A DNA stretch of 64,000 nt from an uncultured Alphaproteobacteria bacterium (GCA_934255455.1 CAKQNS010000002.1:11007-75006); one strand, 5' to 3'; positions 36,975 to 46,820 are shown, counted from the first letter of the stretch. Notes: generated by a model not told the origin, from the sequence alone. Translations and numbers: made by a program.

Positions 36975-37026
36975 ACCGGATTGCGCACTCTCTAAAAATA
37001 AAACCGGCAATTGCCGGTTTTATTTT
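36975..37026 (-). terminator. CTCTAAAAA-hairpin terminator module (copy d) at the 3' end of the secretin gene (…gcgcactctctaaaaataaaaccggcaattgccggttttatttttt)
   Basis: Same module organisation as the copies at 1701, 11841 and 14161. Perfect hairpin aaccggcaattgccggtt. Confidence 0.55.
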
Positions 37027-38655
37027 TTAATTCAATGGTGCGCCCCAATGCTGTTGGATACTGCGTTCTGCATCCATCGGACTGACCAATACCTGGGGAG
37101 TCAAGATAACCACCAGTGTATCACGCGTGGCCGATGTTTCGCGCGACCCCGACAGTGCCATAAAGTCCGGATCACCCAAGCCATAACGCGTATCGTTATT
37201 GGTCTGTTTTTCAAATCCAGATACAACCAACATCTGGCCAGATTCCATAATAACTTCTTGCATGAAACTGCGCTCTTCAACCTCGGGCAATTGCAATGTG
37301 ACCTCGCCAATGGTTTGGGTTGACATTTTCAGCAATTCGCGAACCGACATACGGAACAGCAACAGAATCTTGCCATTTTCCAAAACATTCGGCAACAATT
37401 GCATTGAAAATCCGGTTTCCAAATCGTCCTGGTCAACGGTGCTGGATTCAACCGTTGTGAAATTACGCGATTCAAAACGTTTGATATAGCCGGTCGTTTT
37501 GGTGTTGTTTACAGGCGCAACGCGGTTGCTGCGCGTTGTCACACCAACATTTGTCACCAACGATACCTTGCCCTGTTTGGCCAAAGCCTCTATCAATGCA
37601 TTACTGCCCGCGCCACGCGCCAACGAACCGTTTTGAATTTGGTTCTGGGTATATGCACCGGCGACCGTAGAACCATTTTCTAAATGTGTTGCCCCCGTCA
37701 GTGCCGATACGGTGTTTGACAAAACAGCAATGTTCATGGAACTGGCCTCGGTCGTGGCAAGGTTATTTTTTGGATTCGCCACAATGTTCAATCCAGACGC
37801 ACTGTTGATGGCCGCCGCCAAATTCAATCCAAACGCCGAATCGTTAGACACAGATACCTGCAAAACCTTGACATCAATTGTCACCAATTGCGACAGCCGC
37901 TTGTTTTGTTTGTTGATATAATCGCCAACACGTGTCAATACCGACGGTGGCGCGGTCACGGTAATGGTTCCCAAACTGCGCGACACGGTGAACTCGGCGT
38001 TTTCAGATTTTCCGATAATACCGGAAATGGCCTTTTCAATTTCATCCCATTCTTTTAATGTAGATTCCAATGCGACCTGGTTTCCGTCATCGGTTTGAAC
38101 CGCGGTCTGGTATGAAACATCGGTTCCCAGTGCATATAATGTAAATGTTTTGGTTTCCGTTTCATAAAATACAATTGATGTTTTGTCATAATACCACAGC
38201 AAATCTAAATCGGTTGCAACCTGGGATAACAGGCCCGACAATTTGCCGGTATACGCAACATTGATGGTCTTTTTCAATTTTTCGGAATTTACCTGGCTGT
38301 CAATTTTAACCGGCAATCCGGTAATAGAATTAATGTCATTTGCCAAAACCTGTAATGTGACGGGGTCATTCAACAGAATTGTCACACCGGTATCGGTTTC
38401 GAAACGCGATGGCAAATTATTGCGATGTTCCAGCACGGTCGATTTGTTGCCCAACCATACGCCCTCGGACATGGAAACAGTGTCACCACTGGCAACCTTG
38501 GCACGAGGATTTTTAGACATTTCAAACGCATCGTACGCGTTGATAAAATCCTGGTCAACCTTGGCGGCAACCTTGGCCGATTCCTTGGTGGTGCACCCCG
38601 CCAGCGCAACCGCCAACGCACCACACGCAAATAATACTTTCATTGTTTTTATCAT
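37027..38655 (-). CDS. Lipoprotein secretin of the type IVb pilus family (PilN/TcpC/BfpB-like)
   Basis: ATG 38655 with RBS GGAGAG. Lipobox LAGC. C-terminal secretin domain (…GQMLVVSGFEKQ…RYGLGDPDFMALSGSRETSATRDTLVVILTPQVL…). ~540 aa, the size of R64 PilN and BfpB. 37 bp after the TcpQ-like gene. Confidence 0.7.
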   Translation of the reverse strand: MIKTMKVLFACGALAVALAGCTTKESAKVAAKVDQDFINAYDAFEMSKNPRAKVASGDTVSMSEGVWLGNKSTVLEHRNNLPSRFETDTGVTILLNDPVTLQVLANDINSITGLPVKIDSQVNSEKLKKTINVAYTGKLSGLLSQVATDLDLLWYYDKTSIVFYETETKTFTLYALGTDVSYQTAVQTDDGNQVALESTLKEWDEIEKAISGIIGKSENAEFTVSRSLGTITVTAPPSVLTRVGDYINKQNKRLSQLVTIDVKVLQVSVSNDSAFGLNLAAAINSASGLNIVANPKNNLATTEASSMNIAVLSNTVSALTGATHLENGSTVAGAYTQNQIQNGSLARGAGSNALIEALAKQGKVSLVTNVGVTTRSNRVAPVNNTKTTGYIKRFESRNFTTVESSTVDQDDLETGFSMQLLPNVLENGKILLLFRMSVRELLKMSTQTIGEVTLQLPEVEERSFMQEVIMESGQMLVVSGFEKQTNNDTRYGLGDPDFMALSGSRETSATRDTLVVILTPQVLVSPMDAERSIQQHWGAPLN

Positions 38656-38694
38656 ATTACTCTCCAAGATTCCCAGTTTCACACGCACCATTTA

Positions 38695-39585
38695 TTATTC
38701 TTCGGATGTTGTAATTACCAACACACGGTTTCCTTTATAAAATTTCGCATACGGAACTGGTGTCGCGCGCCCAAAATTACGAACCAATGCCGATGCTACA
38801 TCAACAAAGCGACCCTTGAACACGGCGCTGGCCTCTATCGGATATTCACGCGATGTCGCCCATACTAAATCCCAGCCCTCTTTGTCGCACCAGTTTTGCA
38901 GAACCTCGCGCAATGTTTGACCATTTGCAACAACCCACGAACGAACTTGGTCGGTCAATTTCTGGGCTGGTTCCGCATCGGCAGATGTGTCAACCGCGAT
39001 TTCTTTTTCTTCGACAATTTCACCATTTTCGTCGGTAATTGTTTTTGTCATTCCCATCTTGGCCGCGAACGCCGCATATCCATCAGATGCATTGTTGCAA
39101 TTTTTGCGACCACTGCGTGACACGGTCAGAACACTGCCCCCGTCATCTTCCAACATTTCGCGGTGCAGCAATGGCATTTCGGAACCATTATTGCATTCGT
39201 CATCAAATCCGACCGGGATCTGGTTGCCATGCAACATATTCGCCCCGCCCGACCAATCGCCATATCCGTTAGTCGCCAGATTGAAATTATTTTCCACAAC
39301 CAAATCGTTGCCAATTTTGGAAACAATTCTGATATTGTCAGATGTCGCCGATTTTTCGCACGCCGCATCACCACAGGCAACCGTAACATCGGCATCAGAC
39401 CCGGCAATCGGCCACACCGGAACCGGCATCTGCGTTTCCTGGCTGTCAACATATTGATTTTCATCAACCACATTTTCCTGGGTATAGAAAACCTCGCTCG
39501 TGACGACCTGGGGCAAAGATTCCGCCGCAAAGCAATAGCCCGCCGCGGTTGCAAACATTGCGACAATCAAAAATTTACGGAACAT
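38695..39585 (-). CDS. TcpQ/PilL-like pilus biogenesis protein (secretin partner)
   Basis: Signal peptide MFRKFLIVAMFATAAGYCFA. C-terminal …GQTLREVLQNWCDKEGWDLVWATSREYPIEASAVFKGRFVDVASALVRNF matches the TcpQ-family C-terminal domain pattern. RBS AAGGAAG before ATG 39585. Confidence 0.55.
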   Translation of the reverse strand: MFRKFLIVAMFATAAGYCFAAESLPQVVTSEVFYTQENVVDENQYVDSQETQMPVPVWPIAGSDADVTVACGDAACEKSATSDNIRIVSKIGNDLVVENNFNLATNGYGDWSGGANMLHGNQIPVGFDDECNNGSEMPLLHREMLEDDGGSVLTVSRSGRKNCNNASDGYAAFAAKMGMTKTITDENGEIVEEKEIAVDTSADAEPAQKLTDQVRSWVVANGQTLREVLQNWCDKEGWDLVWATSREYPIEASAVFKGRFVDVASALVRNFGRATPVPYAKFYKGNRVLVITTSEE

Positions 39586-39761
39586 AAAAACTTCCTTTAC
39601 TGAATAAGTTGTTTCATTTATTGCACTTATTATAACAATTTGACCGAATCTGTGCAAGACCAAATCGCACCCAACAAATTTAATATTTTCAAGATAAAAT
39701 CGCACGAATCGGTAAAAGATGTTATACTGTTCGTGTTTAATACGACATACGGGGCGAAAAA

Positions 39762-40307
39762 ATGCAAAACATATTGATTTTAACTGGAATTTCTATTGTT
39801 ATCATCATCGGCATTGCAATTATTGTCATGCTTGTGGGAATGCGTGGCCAAATGCGCGATATTACCAAGACACAAACATACCAATACAACCTGATTGTAA
39901 AAATCCAATCTGTGCTGAAAAATAAATCGGCCACAAACGCGGTTGCTGAACATGCCGAAATGATTTACCAGGATTTATTGCAAAATTTAATTCCAATTAT
40001 GGCGGCAATTGACATTATGCCACGCGCAACGCCCGAGCATCCATTGTGGCGCGCGCTGGGCGGCATTTTGGATGAATATGGCAAAAACCCATTTGTTATG
40101 GAAAAATTGCGTCGTTGCATCAAACTGGATGCCGAGGTCGCGCGCAGTGTCGACAATTACATGAGCCGCGCCGACGGATTTTTGCAACATTTAACCACAA
40201 CCGAACCAGATGGAATATTGACATCAACATTTACCGACGGCCTGTTGGGCCAATCGTTGACATTTTTTGCCCAGGCACGTGCTCTGGCCACCCAGAATAA
40301 TGAATAA
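39762..40307 (+). CDS. Hypothetical single-pass membrane protein
   Basis: N-terminal TM ILILTGISIVIIIGIAIIVMLVGM, then ~150-aa soluble domain. Divergent from the TcpQ-like/secretin operon. Confidence 0.4.
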   Translation: MQNILILTGISIVIIIGIAIIVMLVGMRGQMRDITKTQTYQYNLIVKIQSVLKNKSATNAVAEHAEMIYQDLLQNLIPIMAAIDIMPRATPEHPLWRALGGILDEYGKNPFVMEKLRRCIKLDAEVARSVDNYMSRADGFLQHLTTTEPDGILTSTFTDGLLGQSLTFFAQARALATQNNE

Positions 40308-41642
40308 ATGGCAAAACTGACCGAAAATCTTGTTCGTGATATATCAAACATTCGGCATGAACCCGAATGGTTGACCGAATGGCGCGTGGCCGCATTTAAT
40401 GCATGGCGCGCCGCGCCCGAACCACATTGGGCCGAATTTGAATATGCACCAATCAATTATGATGAATTAAATTACTATAACGAACCCCGGCCGATTGATA
40501 ATTCCGATTTGAAACAAACATACGATAAAATGGGACTGCCCGAATCGGAACAGCGCGCGTTATTGGGCATGGCAACCGACACCGTTGTTGACAGCCGTTC
40601 TGTTCATACATCATACACCGCCGAATTGGAAAAACTGGGGATTATATTCCTGCCTTTTTCCGAGGCCGTCATATCGCACCCCGAATTAGTAAAAAAATAT
40701 TTGGGTCGCGTGGTGCCCGCAACCGATAATTTCTTTGCCGCGTTAAATGCCGCGGTATTTTCGGATGGCACATTTGTTTATATTCCGCCACACACAAAAT
40801 GTCCAATTGACCTGGCCAGCTATTTCAGAATAGAAACCGCAAAAATTGGTCAATTTGAACGCACATTGATTATTGCAGACACGGGCGCTGAATTATCGTA
40901 TATGGAGGGTTGCAGTGCCCCGCGTCGTCCCAACCATCAATTGCACAGTGGCGTCGTTGAAATTATTGCTATGGATGGGGCACGCGTTAAATATGCAACC
41001 GTGCAAAATTGGTACGCCGGCGAAATGCGCGATGGAAAAAATGTTGGCGGCATTTTGAATTTCGTGACCAAACGCGGGCGGGCCGAAAAAAACGCAACAA
41101 TTGATTGGACCCAGGTTGAAATTGGCTCGGCCATGACATGGAAATACCCATCAACAATTTTGGCGGGTGATAACGCACACAGCGATTTTTATTCATTGAC
41201 CATTACGCGCGGCGCCCAATTGGCCGACACCGGGACAAAAATGATTCACATTGGCGATAATACCGTATCGAACATAGTTTCATACGGCGTGGCATTGGAC
41301 AATTCAAATCAAACATTTCGCAGTTTGGTATCTTTTACTGGGCGCGGCGGAAAGAACGCTTCGAAATGCGACACACGCATAATTGGCAATAATGCCACGG
41401 CAAACACATTGCCAACAATCATTCATACAAACGGCGAAAACACTCAAAGTCACGAGGCTACAACCGGTGCAATCGACGAGAAACAATTACTATTTTTGAT
41501 GCAATCTGGCATTCCCCAGGACCAGGCAACCGCGTTGATTATCGGCGCATCGGCGGCACCGATTATATCGCGCCTGCCAATGGAATTTTTGGTGGAATCA
41601 AAACAGCTGATTCAAATGGCACTGGCAAAGTCACAGGATTAA
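40308..41642 (+). CDS. sufB: Fe-S cluster assembly protein SufB
   Basis: 444 aa. …GTFVYIPPHTKCPIDL…ETAKIGQFERTLIIADTGAELSYMEGCSAP…VEIIAMDGARVKY…QNW… SufB/SufD beta-helix core with the SufB-type Cys region. Directly precedes sufC. Confidence 0.8.
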   Translation: MAKLTENLVRDISNIRHEPEWLTEWRVAAFNAWRAAPEPHWAEFEYAPINYDELNYYNEPRPIDNSDLKQTYDKMGLPESEQRALLGMATDTVVDSRSVHTSYTAELEKLGIIFLPFSEAVISHPELVKKYLGRVVPATDNFFAALNAAVFSDGTFVYIPPHTKCPIDLASYFRIETAKIGQFERTLIIADTGAELSYMEGCSAPRRPNHQLHSGVVEIIAMDGARVKYATVQNWYAGEMRDGKNVGGILNFVTKRGRAEKNATIDWTQVEIGSAMTWKYPSTILAGDNAHSDFYSLTITRGAQLADTGTKMIHIGDNTVSNIVSYGVALDNSNQTFRSLVSFTGRGGKNASKCDTRIIGNNATANTLPTIIHTNGENTQSHEATTGAIDEKQLLFLMQSGIPQDQATALIIGASAAPIISRLPMEFLVESKQLIQMALAKSQD

Positions 41643-41644
41643 AT

Positions 41645-42322
41645 ATGTTAGAAATAAAAAATTTATCTGTATCACTGGATGGCAAAGAATTATTGCACGA
41701 CATAAATATGACCGTTACGGCGGGCGCGCGGCATTTACTGGCGGGGCACAATGGTTCCGGCAAATCAACATTGGCCAGTGTTATCGCAGGTGCGCCGTCA
41801 TACACAATTGATGCGGGACAAATTATTTTTGATGGTCGTGATATAACACATGAAAACACAACTACACGCGCACTGTTGGGAATATTTCTGGGCGCGCAAA
41901 ATGTGCCGGAAATTCCGGGGCTGACAACATTAAGTTTTTTGAAACATTCACTGGCGTCACACGCACATTTTGAAACTGGGCGCGACCTGTCGATGGCGGA
42001 ATTCTTGGAAAAATTGGAAAGCGCGCGCGCAAAATTAAACATTCCCAAGGAATGGTTAAACCGCAGTGTAAATGTTGGTTTTTCTGGCGGGGAACGCAAA
42101 CGATTGATGTTATTGCGCCTGGTTATGACCGCACCAAAATTTGCAATTTTGGACGAACCTGATTCCGGTGCCGATGCCGAAACCCAACAGATGATTGCCG
42201 ACACCATGCACCAAATGAAAAACACAACATTTATGTTTATCAGCCATCAATCAAAATTTACCGAAATGGTATGCCCAACGCATATAACGACTTTGTCAAA
42301 TGGTCACATTATGGTAAAATAA
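41645..42322 (+). CDS. sufC: Fe-S cluster assembly ATPase SufC
   Basis: Walker A GHNGSGKST. SufC signature LNRSVNVGFSGGERKR. Walker B ILDEPDSG. Confidence 0.85.
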   Translation: MLEIKNLSVSLDGKELLHDINMTVTAGARHLLAGHNGSGKSTLASVIAGAPSYTIDAGQIIFDGRDITHENTTTRALLGIFLGAQNVPEIPGLTTLSFLKHSLASHAHFETGRDLSMAEFLEKLESARAKLNIPKEWLNRSVNVGFSGGERKRLMLLRLVMTAPKFAILDEPDSGADAETQQMIADTMHQMKNTTFMFISHQSKFTEMVCPTHITTLSNGHIMVK

Positions 42323-42354
42323 CAAAAGAATAAAAAATGAACAAAGGAACAAAA

Positions 42355-43272
42355 ATGTCACGCGAACGCACAACCGGGTTATTGTCATGGGTATTGTGGC
42401 AACCGTTGAAATTTGCATTTATATCATTTGCATTGATGTCTGTGGTATCGGCCACATATTCCATTGTTGCAAACGCGATAACCGCCGGTGCAACAACCGT
42501 GGTATGGCCAATGTGGGCATTGATTGGTGGTGCAATCGCGCTGTCGGCATGGTTGATGTTGCGGAAATTGCCCCGTGCAAATATTGACCAACGCAGTTTT
42601 ATCGCATTGAATAACGCCCAGGCAATTATATTGGCCATTGCCGTATTTATGTCGATATTTATTGCAAAATATGCCCAGGGCGCAATGATGGGGATGATGT
42701 GGCGTGGCACCACCGGCAGTGTGCAATTCATTGCAATTGCAATCGGATTAGCGTTGTATTATATGTACTTGTTCGGATTGTTCATATCGAATGTATACGC
42801 TAAATTCTGGCGTGCACGCGCGATGGGCGTATCCACATGGCGCATTATTTGCACCATGCCAATGGGGTTCGGCCTATTGTGGATTCCAGGGTATATTTTA
42901 CCAGAGCCGCCGACACGACGGCCAGCATTGCCAATTCGCACCGCATGGTATGACCATTTTACAAACTGGATTGCATCACGCGGCACAATAACGGTCATTG
43001 CATTTGCGGTGTTAACACTGTTTACCGGTTTTATGTTTGGCCCACAATCATTAATGTTGACCGGCGGCATAACATTGCTGTTTGCCGTGTGGTTGGGATT
43101 TATGGGCCCCGCCAAGTTCCGCAACAGTATGCGCGGCGCGTATTCCACATTTGCAATTATCATAAACATTTTGTTGATAATCGGTGTAATTATGTTTGCC
43201 ACAATGCGCACCGAACCAAACGTTCAAATAAACATATCAGACATACAGACAACAACAAATATAACAAAATAA
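42355..43272 (+). CDS. Hypothetical polytopic inner-membrane protein (sits where sufD is expected)
   Basis: 6-7 predicted TM helices, no soluble beta-helix domain. ATG 42355 with RBS AAAGGAA; the ORF track start is 42337. Confidence 0.5.
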   Translation: MSRERTTGLLSWVLWQPLKFAFISFALMSVVSATYSIVANAITAGATTVVWPMWALIGGAIALSAWLMLRKLPRANIDQRSFIALNNAQAIILAIAVFMSIFIAKYAQGAMMGMMWRGTTGSVQFIAIAIGLALYYMYLFGLFISNVYAKFWRARAMGVSTWRIICTMPMGFGLLWIPGYILPEPPTRRPALPIRTAWYDHFTNWIASRGTITVIAFAVLTLFTGFMFGPQSLMLTGGITLLFAVWLGFMGPAKFRNSMRGAYSTFAIIINILLIIGVIMFATMRTEPNVQINISDIQTTTNITK

Positions 43273-43317
43273 AAAACGCGCTATGTGCACGATTTACTGG
43301 GACACAAAGGATTTAAT

Positions 43318-44361
43318 ATGAATGGTTTAATACTGTTTGTTGGTGGAATGTTTTTATTGTGGATGGGTCGCACAATTTTAATTCCACTGTTGGTGGCAAC
43401 ATTTTTGTGGTATTTGATAAATGCTATATCAACATATTGTCGTATGGTTTTGCCATTTCACACCGACGATGCCCGACACGAATACCCAATTGGTGCACGC
43501 GTGTTTGATTGGGCGGCGCATTTAATTTCATTGGCGGTACTGGCGGCATTGCTGTACACATTTGCAACCCAAGTTCGGCCTATGTTTTCAGAATTATTGG
43601 CCGCCCTGCCCGCGATACAACATAAACTGATTGATTTTGGCGTGATGGCATCTGATAAATTGGGCATTGCGTTTGATACATCAATGTTGCCAAACATTAC
43701 AAAAATCGCCGGTGGCATTGGTGCATCATTGGCCGGCATCGCAACATCGGTCGGTATGATATGTGTATATCTGTTGTTTATGTTTATTGAACAAACGACA
43801 TTTGATAAAAAGTTTTCTGCACTGTTTCCAAATAAAACACAATCCAAAAAAATGCGCTATATTATCGGCAGCATAGACACCAATATGAAAAAATATTTGT
43901 TTATGAAAACACTGATTTCGGCGGCAACTGGGCTGCTGTCATATTTATGGTTGCATGCCATCGGATTGGAATTTGCCGGCGTGTGGGCGTTTATAGTATT
44001 TATCGCAAATTATATCCCAACAATTGGTGCAATTGTCGCATGCGGGCTGCCAATACTGTATGCATTGGCCGTATCGTCAACATTACATCTGCCAATACTG
44101 GTTGCGGCGGGCTTGATTGGTTTGCAAATATTACTGGGCAATATTATCGAACCAAAATTGACCGGAAAAACATTAAACCTGTCAACATTGGCAATTTTAA
44201 TAAACCTGGTATTCTGGGGAATGATTTGGGGTATTGCCGGAATGTTTTTCAGTGTTCCATTATTGGTGGCAACATTTATCATTACCGCACAATTTGATTC
44301 CACACGTTGGGTCGCGGTACTGTTGTCGGCCGACGGAAAAATCCCCGATAAAAATGATTGA
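43318..44361 (+). CDS. AI-2E family transporter (PerM/YhhT, UPF0118)
   Basis: ~350 aa, 7-8 TM, family-typical …KTLISAATGLLSYLWLHAIGLEFAGVWAFIVFIANYIPTIG… block. ATG 43318 with RBS AAAGGA. Confidence 0.65.
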   Translation: MNGLILFVGGMFLLWMGRTILIPLLVATFLWYLINAISTYCRMVLPFHTDDARHEYPIGARVFDWAAHLISLAVLAALLYTFATQVRPMFSELLAALPAIQHKLIDFGVMASDKLGIAFDTSMLPNITKIAGGIGASLAGIATSVGMICVYLLFMFIEQTTFDKKFSALFPNKTQSKKMRYIIGSIDTNMKKYLFMKTLISAATGLLSYLWLHAIGLEFAGVWAFIVFIANYIPTIGAIVACGLPILYALAVSSTLHLPILVAAGLIGLQILLGNIIEPKLTGKTLNLSTLAILINLVFWGMIWGIAGMFFSVPLLVATFIITAQFDSTRWVAVLLSADGKIPDKND

Positions 44362-44400
44362 TAAAAAACGCGCTGGATACATTAAATCCGGCGTTTTTTA

Positions 44401-44853
44401 TTATTTTATTCGTGAAATAATCGCAATGGCATTTTCCAATATTACGCGTGCCGATTCCGAATCAAGTTTTGTTTTTATATCCCCGCGGCGCACACGCCCC
44501 ATATCAGATTGTGCGGCAACGCTGGAATAACTTTCGTCGACAAAGCATATTGGTAAATCAATATACCCCGCCAATTCATTTGCGCACGCGCGCACCATTT
44601 TTGATGTCTCAGATTCCGTCCCGTCACCATGATGTGGCAAACCAATTATAATTCCAACGGCATTTTCCACGCGCGCCGCATCGGCAATTTGTTGCGCAAT
44701 TGTTGGGCCCGCACGCCGTGCCAAAATTGGCGGGCGAACAAAAGTAAATTCACGCGTTGCGTCCGACACCGCAACCCCCGTGCGCGATGCCCCCCAATCA
44801 ATTCCAACAATGCGCCCAGTGCGCGGAAAAGCCTTGAAATCTGGCAAAATCAT
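44401..44853 (-). CDS. ruvX: RuvC-like resolvase family protein YqgF/RuvX (putative pre-16S rRNA nuclease)
   Basis: …GRIVGIDWGASRTGVAVSD… N-terminal acidic motif. …VGIIIGLP… ~150 aa. Confidence 0.8.
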   Translation of the reverse strand: MILPDFKAFPRTGRIVGIDWGASRTGVAVSDATREFTFVRPPILARRAGPTIAQQIADAARVENAVGIIIGLPHHGDGTESETSKMVRACANELAGYIDLPICFVDESYSSVAAQSDMGRVRRGDIKTKLDSESARVILENAIAIISRIK

Positions 44854-44889
44854 TGTATAATTCCCTTTGATTTAATCATAGGATTTGAA

Positions 44890-45186
44890 ATGGCGTTTAG
44901 CAAGCAACAATTACAAAAATTTGCCAATCTGATTCGGATTGAAATTTCCGATGAAAAACTGGAACAAATGAATATCGATTCCGTCATTGATTGGTTGGAT
45001 AAATTACAGAAAATCGATACACGTGGTGTTGAACCAATGCTGAATCCGGCATCGCATAAATTGCCGCAACGCGCGGACAATGTGACCGATGGAAATATTC
45101 GTGATGCGGTTATGGCAAATACACCTGATAAATCGGGCGTATCACGCGGATATTTTGCAGTTCCCAAAGTTATGGATGGTGAATAA
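44890..45186 (+). CDS. gatC: Asp/Glu-tRNA(Asn/Gln) amidotransferase subunit C
   Basis: ~98 aa helical protein immediately upstream of gatA, with a 2-bp gap. ATG 44890. Confidence 0.75.
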   Translation: MAFSKQQLQKFANLIRIEISDEKLEQMNIDSVIDWLDKLQKIDTRGVEPMLNPASHKLPQRADNVTDGNIRDAVMANTPDKSGVSRGYFAVPKVMDGE

Positions 45187-45188
45187 AA

Positions 45189-46655
45189 ATGATAGATTTA
45201 ACAATTACCCAGGCATTACAGAAATTAAAATCACGCGCCATCAGCGCAACCGAATTGACCCGCGCATATTTGAACCGCATGGAAAAATTTGGTAAAAAAT
45301 TAAATTGCTATATCACGCAAACGCCCGAACGCGCATTGGCGGATGCCGCCGCGGCGGACGCACGGTATGCCGATGGTACGGCGGGCGCATTGGACGGTAT
45401 TCCAATTGGGATGAAGGATTTATTTGCAACCCGTGGCATTCGCACAACCGCGGCATCGCGTATGTTGGAAAATTTTGTTCCAGAATACGAATCAACCGTG
45501 TCACAAAAATTAATTGATGCGGGTACTGTTTTGTTGGGCAAAACAAATCTGGACGAATTTGCAATGGGCACATTCAGCAAAACCAGTTTCTTTGGCGCAC
45601 CGGTAAATCCGTGGTATCTGGACCAGAATTTAACCGCCGGCGGTTCGTCGGGTGGTTCAACCAGTGCGGTTGCAGGCGGCCTGGCCATAGCGGCAACGGG
45701 AACCGATACCGGCGGTTCGATTCGTTTCCCCGCATCGGTCACCGGCCTGGTCGGAATGAAACCAACATACGGTTTATGCAGTCGTTGGGGTTGCGTTGCA
45801 TTTGCATCCAGTTTGGACACCCCCGGCCCAATCGCACGCACCGCAGATGACGCGGCATTGATGTTGGCGGCAATGGCGGGACACGATTCAAAAGATTCGA
45901 CCAGCGAAGGAAACGGTTTCGCATTTGACGGCGAATTAAAACCTATTATTGGCGATGGCAAAAAATTGCGTGTCGGCGTTATCAAGGAATTTGCCAATGT
46001 CAAAATTTCGCCCGATATGAAGCGCATATTTGACGCCCGCATTGCCGATTTGAAATCGAACGGTGCCGAAATAGTCGAGGTATCAATTCCAAATATCTTG
46101 GACGCATTGGCGGCATATTACATCATTGCCCCAGCCGAGGCATCATCAAACCTGGCGCGATATGACGGTATGCGATATGGTTTGCGGGTCGAAGGTTCTG
46201 ATTTAATCGACACATATAAAAAGACGCGTGCCGCGGGCTTTGGAACCGAGGTTCAACGCCGTATGATTATCGGCACGGCGGTGTTGTCCAGCGAATCCTA
46301 CGAGGTTTATTTTATGCAGGCCGCGCGCGTTCGCCGTATGATTGCCGACAGTTTCACCGCCGCATTTGAACAATGCGATTTGATTGTTTGCCCGGCTGGC
46401 GCGGGCACGGCGATGCCATTGGATTCGGATTTAACACCATTGGAATATTATGCACTGGATTTGTTCACAGTGGCAATGAACCTGGCTGGAATTCCGGCGT
46501 GCAGCGTACCCGCCGGATTGGCCGAAAACGGATTACCATTGGGAATGCAGGTTGTTGGTCGTCGCTTTGACGATATGCGCGTGTTGCAATTGTCAAAACA
46601 TATCCAGGAATTCGGCGGTGTTGACAATCGTCCAACTGTAATTATGGGGGAATAA
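45189..46655 (+). CDS. gatA: Glu-tRNA(Gln) amidotransferase subunit A (amidase family)
   Basis: Amidase signature GGSSGGSTSAVAGGLAIAATGTDTGGSIRFPAS. Catalytic Lys region (…IPIGMKDLF…). Confidence 0.9.
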   Translation: MIDLTITQALQKLKSRAISATELTRAYLNRMEKFGKKLNCYITQTPERALADAAAADARYADGTAGALDGIPIGMKDLFATRGIRTTAASRMLENFVPEYESTVSQKLIDAGTVLLGKTNLDEFAMGTFSKTSFFGAPVNPWYLDQNLTAGGSSGGSTSAVAGGLAIAATGTDTGGSIRFPASVTGLVGMKPTYGLCSRWGCVAFASSLDTPGPIARTADDAALMLAAMAGHDSKDSTSEGNGFAFDGELKPIIGDGKKLRVGVIKEFANVKISPDMKRIFDARIADLKSNGAEIVEVSIPNILDALAAYYIIAPAEASSNLARYDGMRYGLRVEGSDLIDTYKKTRAAGFGTEVQRRMIIGTAVLSSESYEVYFMQAARVRRMIADSFTAAFEQCDLIVCPAGAGTAMPLDSDLTPLEYYALDLFTVAMNLAGIPACSVPAGLAENGLPLGMQVVGRRFDDMRVLQLSKHIQEFGGVDNRPTVIMGE

Positions 46656-46690
46656 AAAAACGCGCATAATGCGCGCAGACAAATAAATAG

Positions 46691-46766
46691 TGGTGGCTAG
46701 GAACGGAATCGAACCGCTGACACAGGGATTTTCAGTCCCTTGCTCTACCAACTGAGCTACCTAGCC
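46691..46766 (-). tRNA. tRNA-Phe (anticodon GAA)
   Basis: Reverse complement GGCTAGGTAGCTCAGTTGGTAGAGCAAGGGACTGAAAATCCCTGTGTCAGCGGTTCGATTCCGTTCCTAGCCACCA. Cloverleaf with anticodon loop CTGAAAA. Encoded CCA. Confidence 0.9.
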
Positions 46767-46820
46767 AACGCGAGACGAATAATAAGATACGAAAATAAAA
46801 AAAGCAAGGAAAAATAAAAA

